Shown here in pieces: positions 62,806-64,000 of a stretch of DNA of 64,000 bases. Numbering within the stretch: position 1 is the first letter of the stretch; each line of letters opens with the position of its first letter. The stretch spans positions 11,596,001-11,660,000 of the forward strand of contig NC_087252.1 in NCBI RefSeq assembly GCF_037042905.1, in the 5' to 3' direction. The position numbers and the translations under genes were made by a program. The notes below the pieces were generated by a model, which worked only from the letters and a program-made list of their open reading frames with translations, did no database searches and was not told where the DNA came from. Origin of the DNA: Lytechinus pictus (lineage: Eukaryota).

Positions 62806-64000
62806 ATGACGCAGTCAGCGGAAGCGCCCGCACAGTTGCGCAGGTTGAGTCGGTACGAGACTCCCGAATCCTTCCTAGAGTGGAAGCGTAGTTTAATGAT
62901 GAATTTGTGTTCATATACTGATTTTTTGCCTTTTCTATCGGAGAGTATTTCATGGCAAAGGAAGTCGAAGGCAAATACCGTACGGGGTTTTGTTGACGAT
63001 TCCTTTGACGTTGCTGGCGGTAAGACAGCCGCTCAGAAAGTTGTGGTTTTGGAACTCATGCTGGGGCAAATTTCAGCTTCTTGCCCGATTATCGCCAGAG
63101 GTTCTATTGTAAATAAGTCCACTTCACTTGCAGACATATGGGATCTTGTTTGCATACATTTTGGTTTTGACAGACAAATGCTAGCTAATGACAATTACCA
63201 ATATCATGTCAGTCACACTCAAAGTCTTGATTGTTGTGAAGATGAGTTGAATGACAATGAATTGAGACATGCAGGACGTGAGAAAAATAATGTCAGTGAG
63301 TTGAGATGTGATGAAGGAAGTGATGAAAATAAACACGAAGACAACGTCAATGATAATGAGTTCAGATGTAATGATCGAATTAGAAGTGATCAGAATAAAC
63401 ATGAAGTCAATGTGTTCAGATGTGATGAAAGAAGTGTTGAAAATAAACTTGAAGACAATGTCAATGATAATGAGTTGAGATTCGTTGAAGGATGTGATGA
63501 AAATAAACACGAAGACAATGATATTGAGTTGAGATGTGATGAAGGAAGTGATGTAAATAAACATGAAGACAATGTCAATGATAATGAGTTGAGATGTGAT
63601 GTAGGAAGTGATGAAAATAAACATGAAGACAATGTTAATGATGAGTTGAGATCTGATGAAGGAAGTGATGAAAATAAACGTAAAGACAATGCCAAGGAGT
63701 TTAGCTTTGTACATGCAGACGAAGGTGGTATCCCCAGTTGTGATGTTGATGACGTTGCTTTGCGAGAAGATGGAAGAAGTAGTCATGACGTGTTTCATTA
63801 TGGTCGTAACATTGGAGTGACAGGTGATTGGAGTAGGCCTGTTCACACTAGCGATTCTTCGAGGTTTAGCGTTGAGTTAGATGGGTCTAGAGCTATATCG
63901 TCCGGAGATTTAGATTTAACCGACCTTGTAACACATTCTGTTAATCTTGATGGTTGCGCTGCTGAGTTGTCGGCAATGCATGTAGCTAATGATGATCATG
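62806..64000 (+). CDS. Retroelement Gag-like ORF (at least 398 aa, runs off the window) with acidic tandem repeats; lies in PPOX intron 2
   Basis: No stop from ATG 62806 to 64000. N-terminus APAQLRRLSRYETPESFLEWK...KTAAQKVVVLELMLGQISASCPIIARGSIVNKSTSLADIWDLVCIHFGF resembles Gag N-termini of marine-invertebrate LTR elements (recognised from memory). Confidence 0.7.
   Translation, partial: MTQSAEAPAQLRRLSRYETPESFLEWKRSLMMNLCSYTDFLPFLSESISWQRKSKANTVRGFVDDSFDVAGGKTAAQKVVVLELMLGQISASCPIIARGSIVNKSTSLADIWDLVCIHFGFDRQMLANDNYQYHVSHTQSLDCCEDELNDNELRHAGREKNNVSELRCDEGSDENKHEDNVNDNEFRCNDRIRSDQNKHEVNVFRCDERSVENKLEDNVNDNELRFVEGCDENKHEDNDIELRCDEGSDVNKHEDNVNDNELRCDVGSDENKHEDNVNDELRSDEGSDENKRKDNAKEFSFVHADEGGIPSCDVDDVALREDGRSSHDVFHYGRNIGVTGDWSRPVHTSDSSRFSVELDGSRAISSGDLDLTDLVTHSVNLDGCAAELSAMHVANDDH

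Noticed and set aside
63181..63846. 221-aa hydrophobic minus-strand ORF resembling a membrane protein
   Set aside because: Antisense shadow of the acidic repeats in the + strand ORF from 62806

Overview
Repeat-dense animal genomic DNA, most likely a sea urchin or other echinoderm (inferred from the repeat families and gene content). Host genes: an intronless rhodopsin-class GPCR (38674-39660, +), exons 1-2 of protoporphyrinogen oxidase (PPOX; 51780-51905 and 61613-61747, +), and a decayed minus-strand gene head-to-head with PPOX. The rest is layered mobile DNA. A ~3.2-kb L2-type LINE is stretched over ~30 kb (~3150-32972) by nested insertions: a CMC/EnSpm-like element, a Harbinger MITE, a CR1 LINE, a Mag-clade Gypsy element and several hAT MITEs. 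Most junctions can be rejoined at target-site duplications (TSDs). A 3-kb GATA-satellite-filled TIR element sits 21 nt upstream of the PPOX ATG. PPOX intron 1 holds a Harbinger-type element that contains a very young LTR element. That element has an intact Gag with an N-terminal ComEA-like helix-hairpin-helix domain, a -1 frameshift/pseudoknot signal into a protease, no RT or RNase H, and non-canonical termini. Also notable: a full tRNA cloverleaf with a UUA (ochre) anticodon inside a small direct-repeat element, and a Gag-like ORF with acidic repeats that runs off the window end and is missing from the ORF track. All coordinates were read by eye and no database searches were run.
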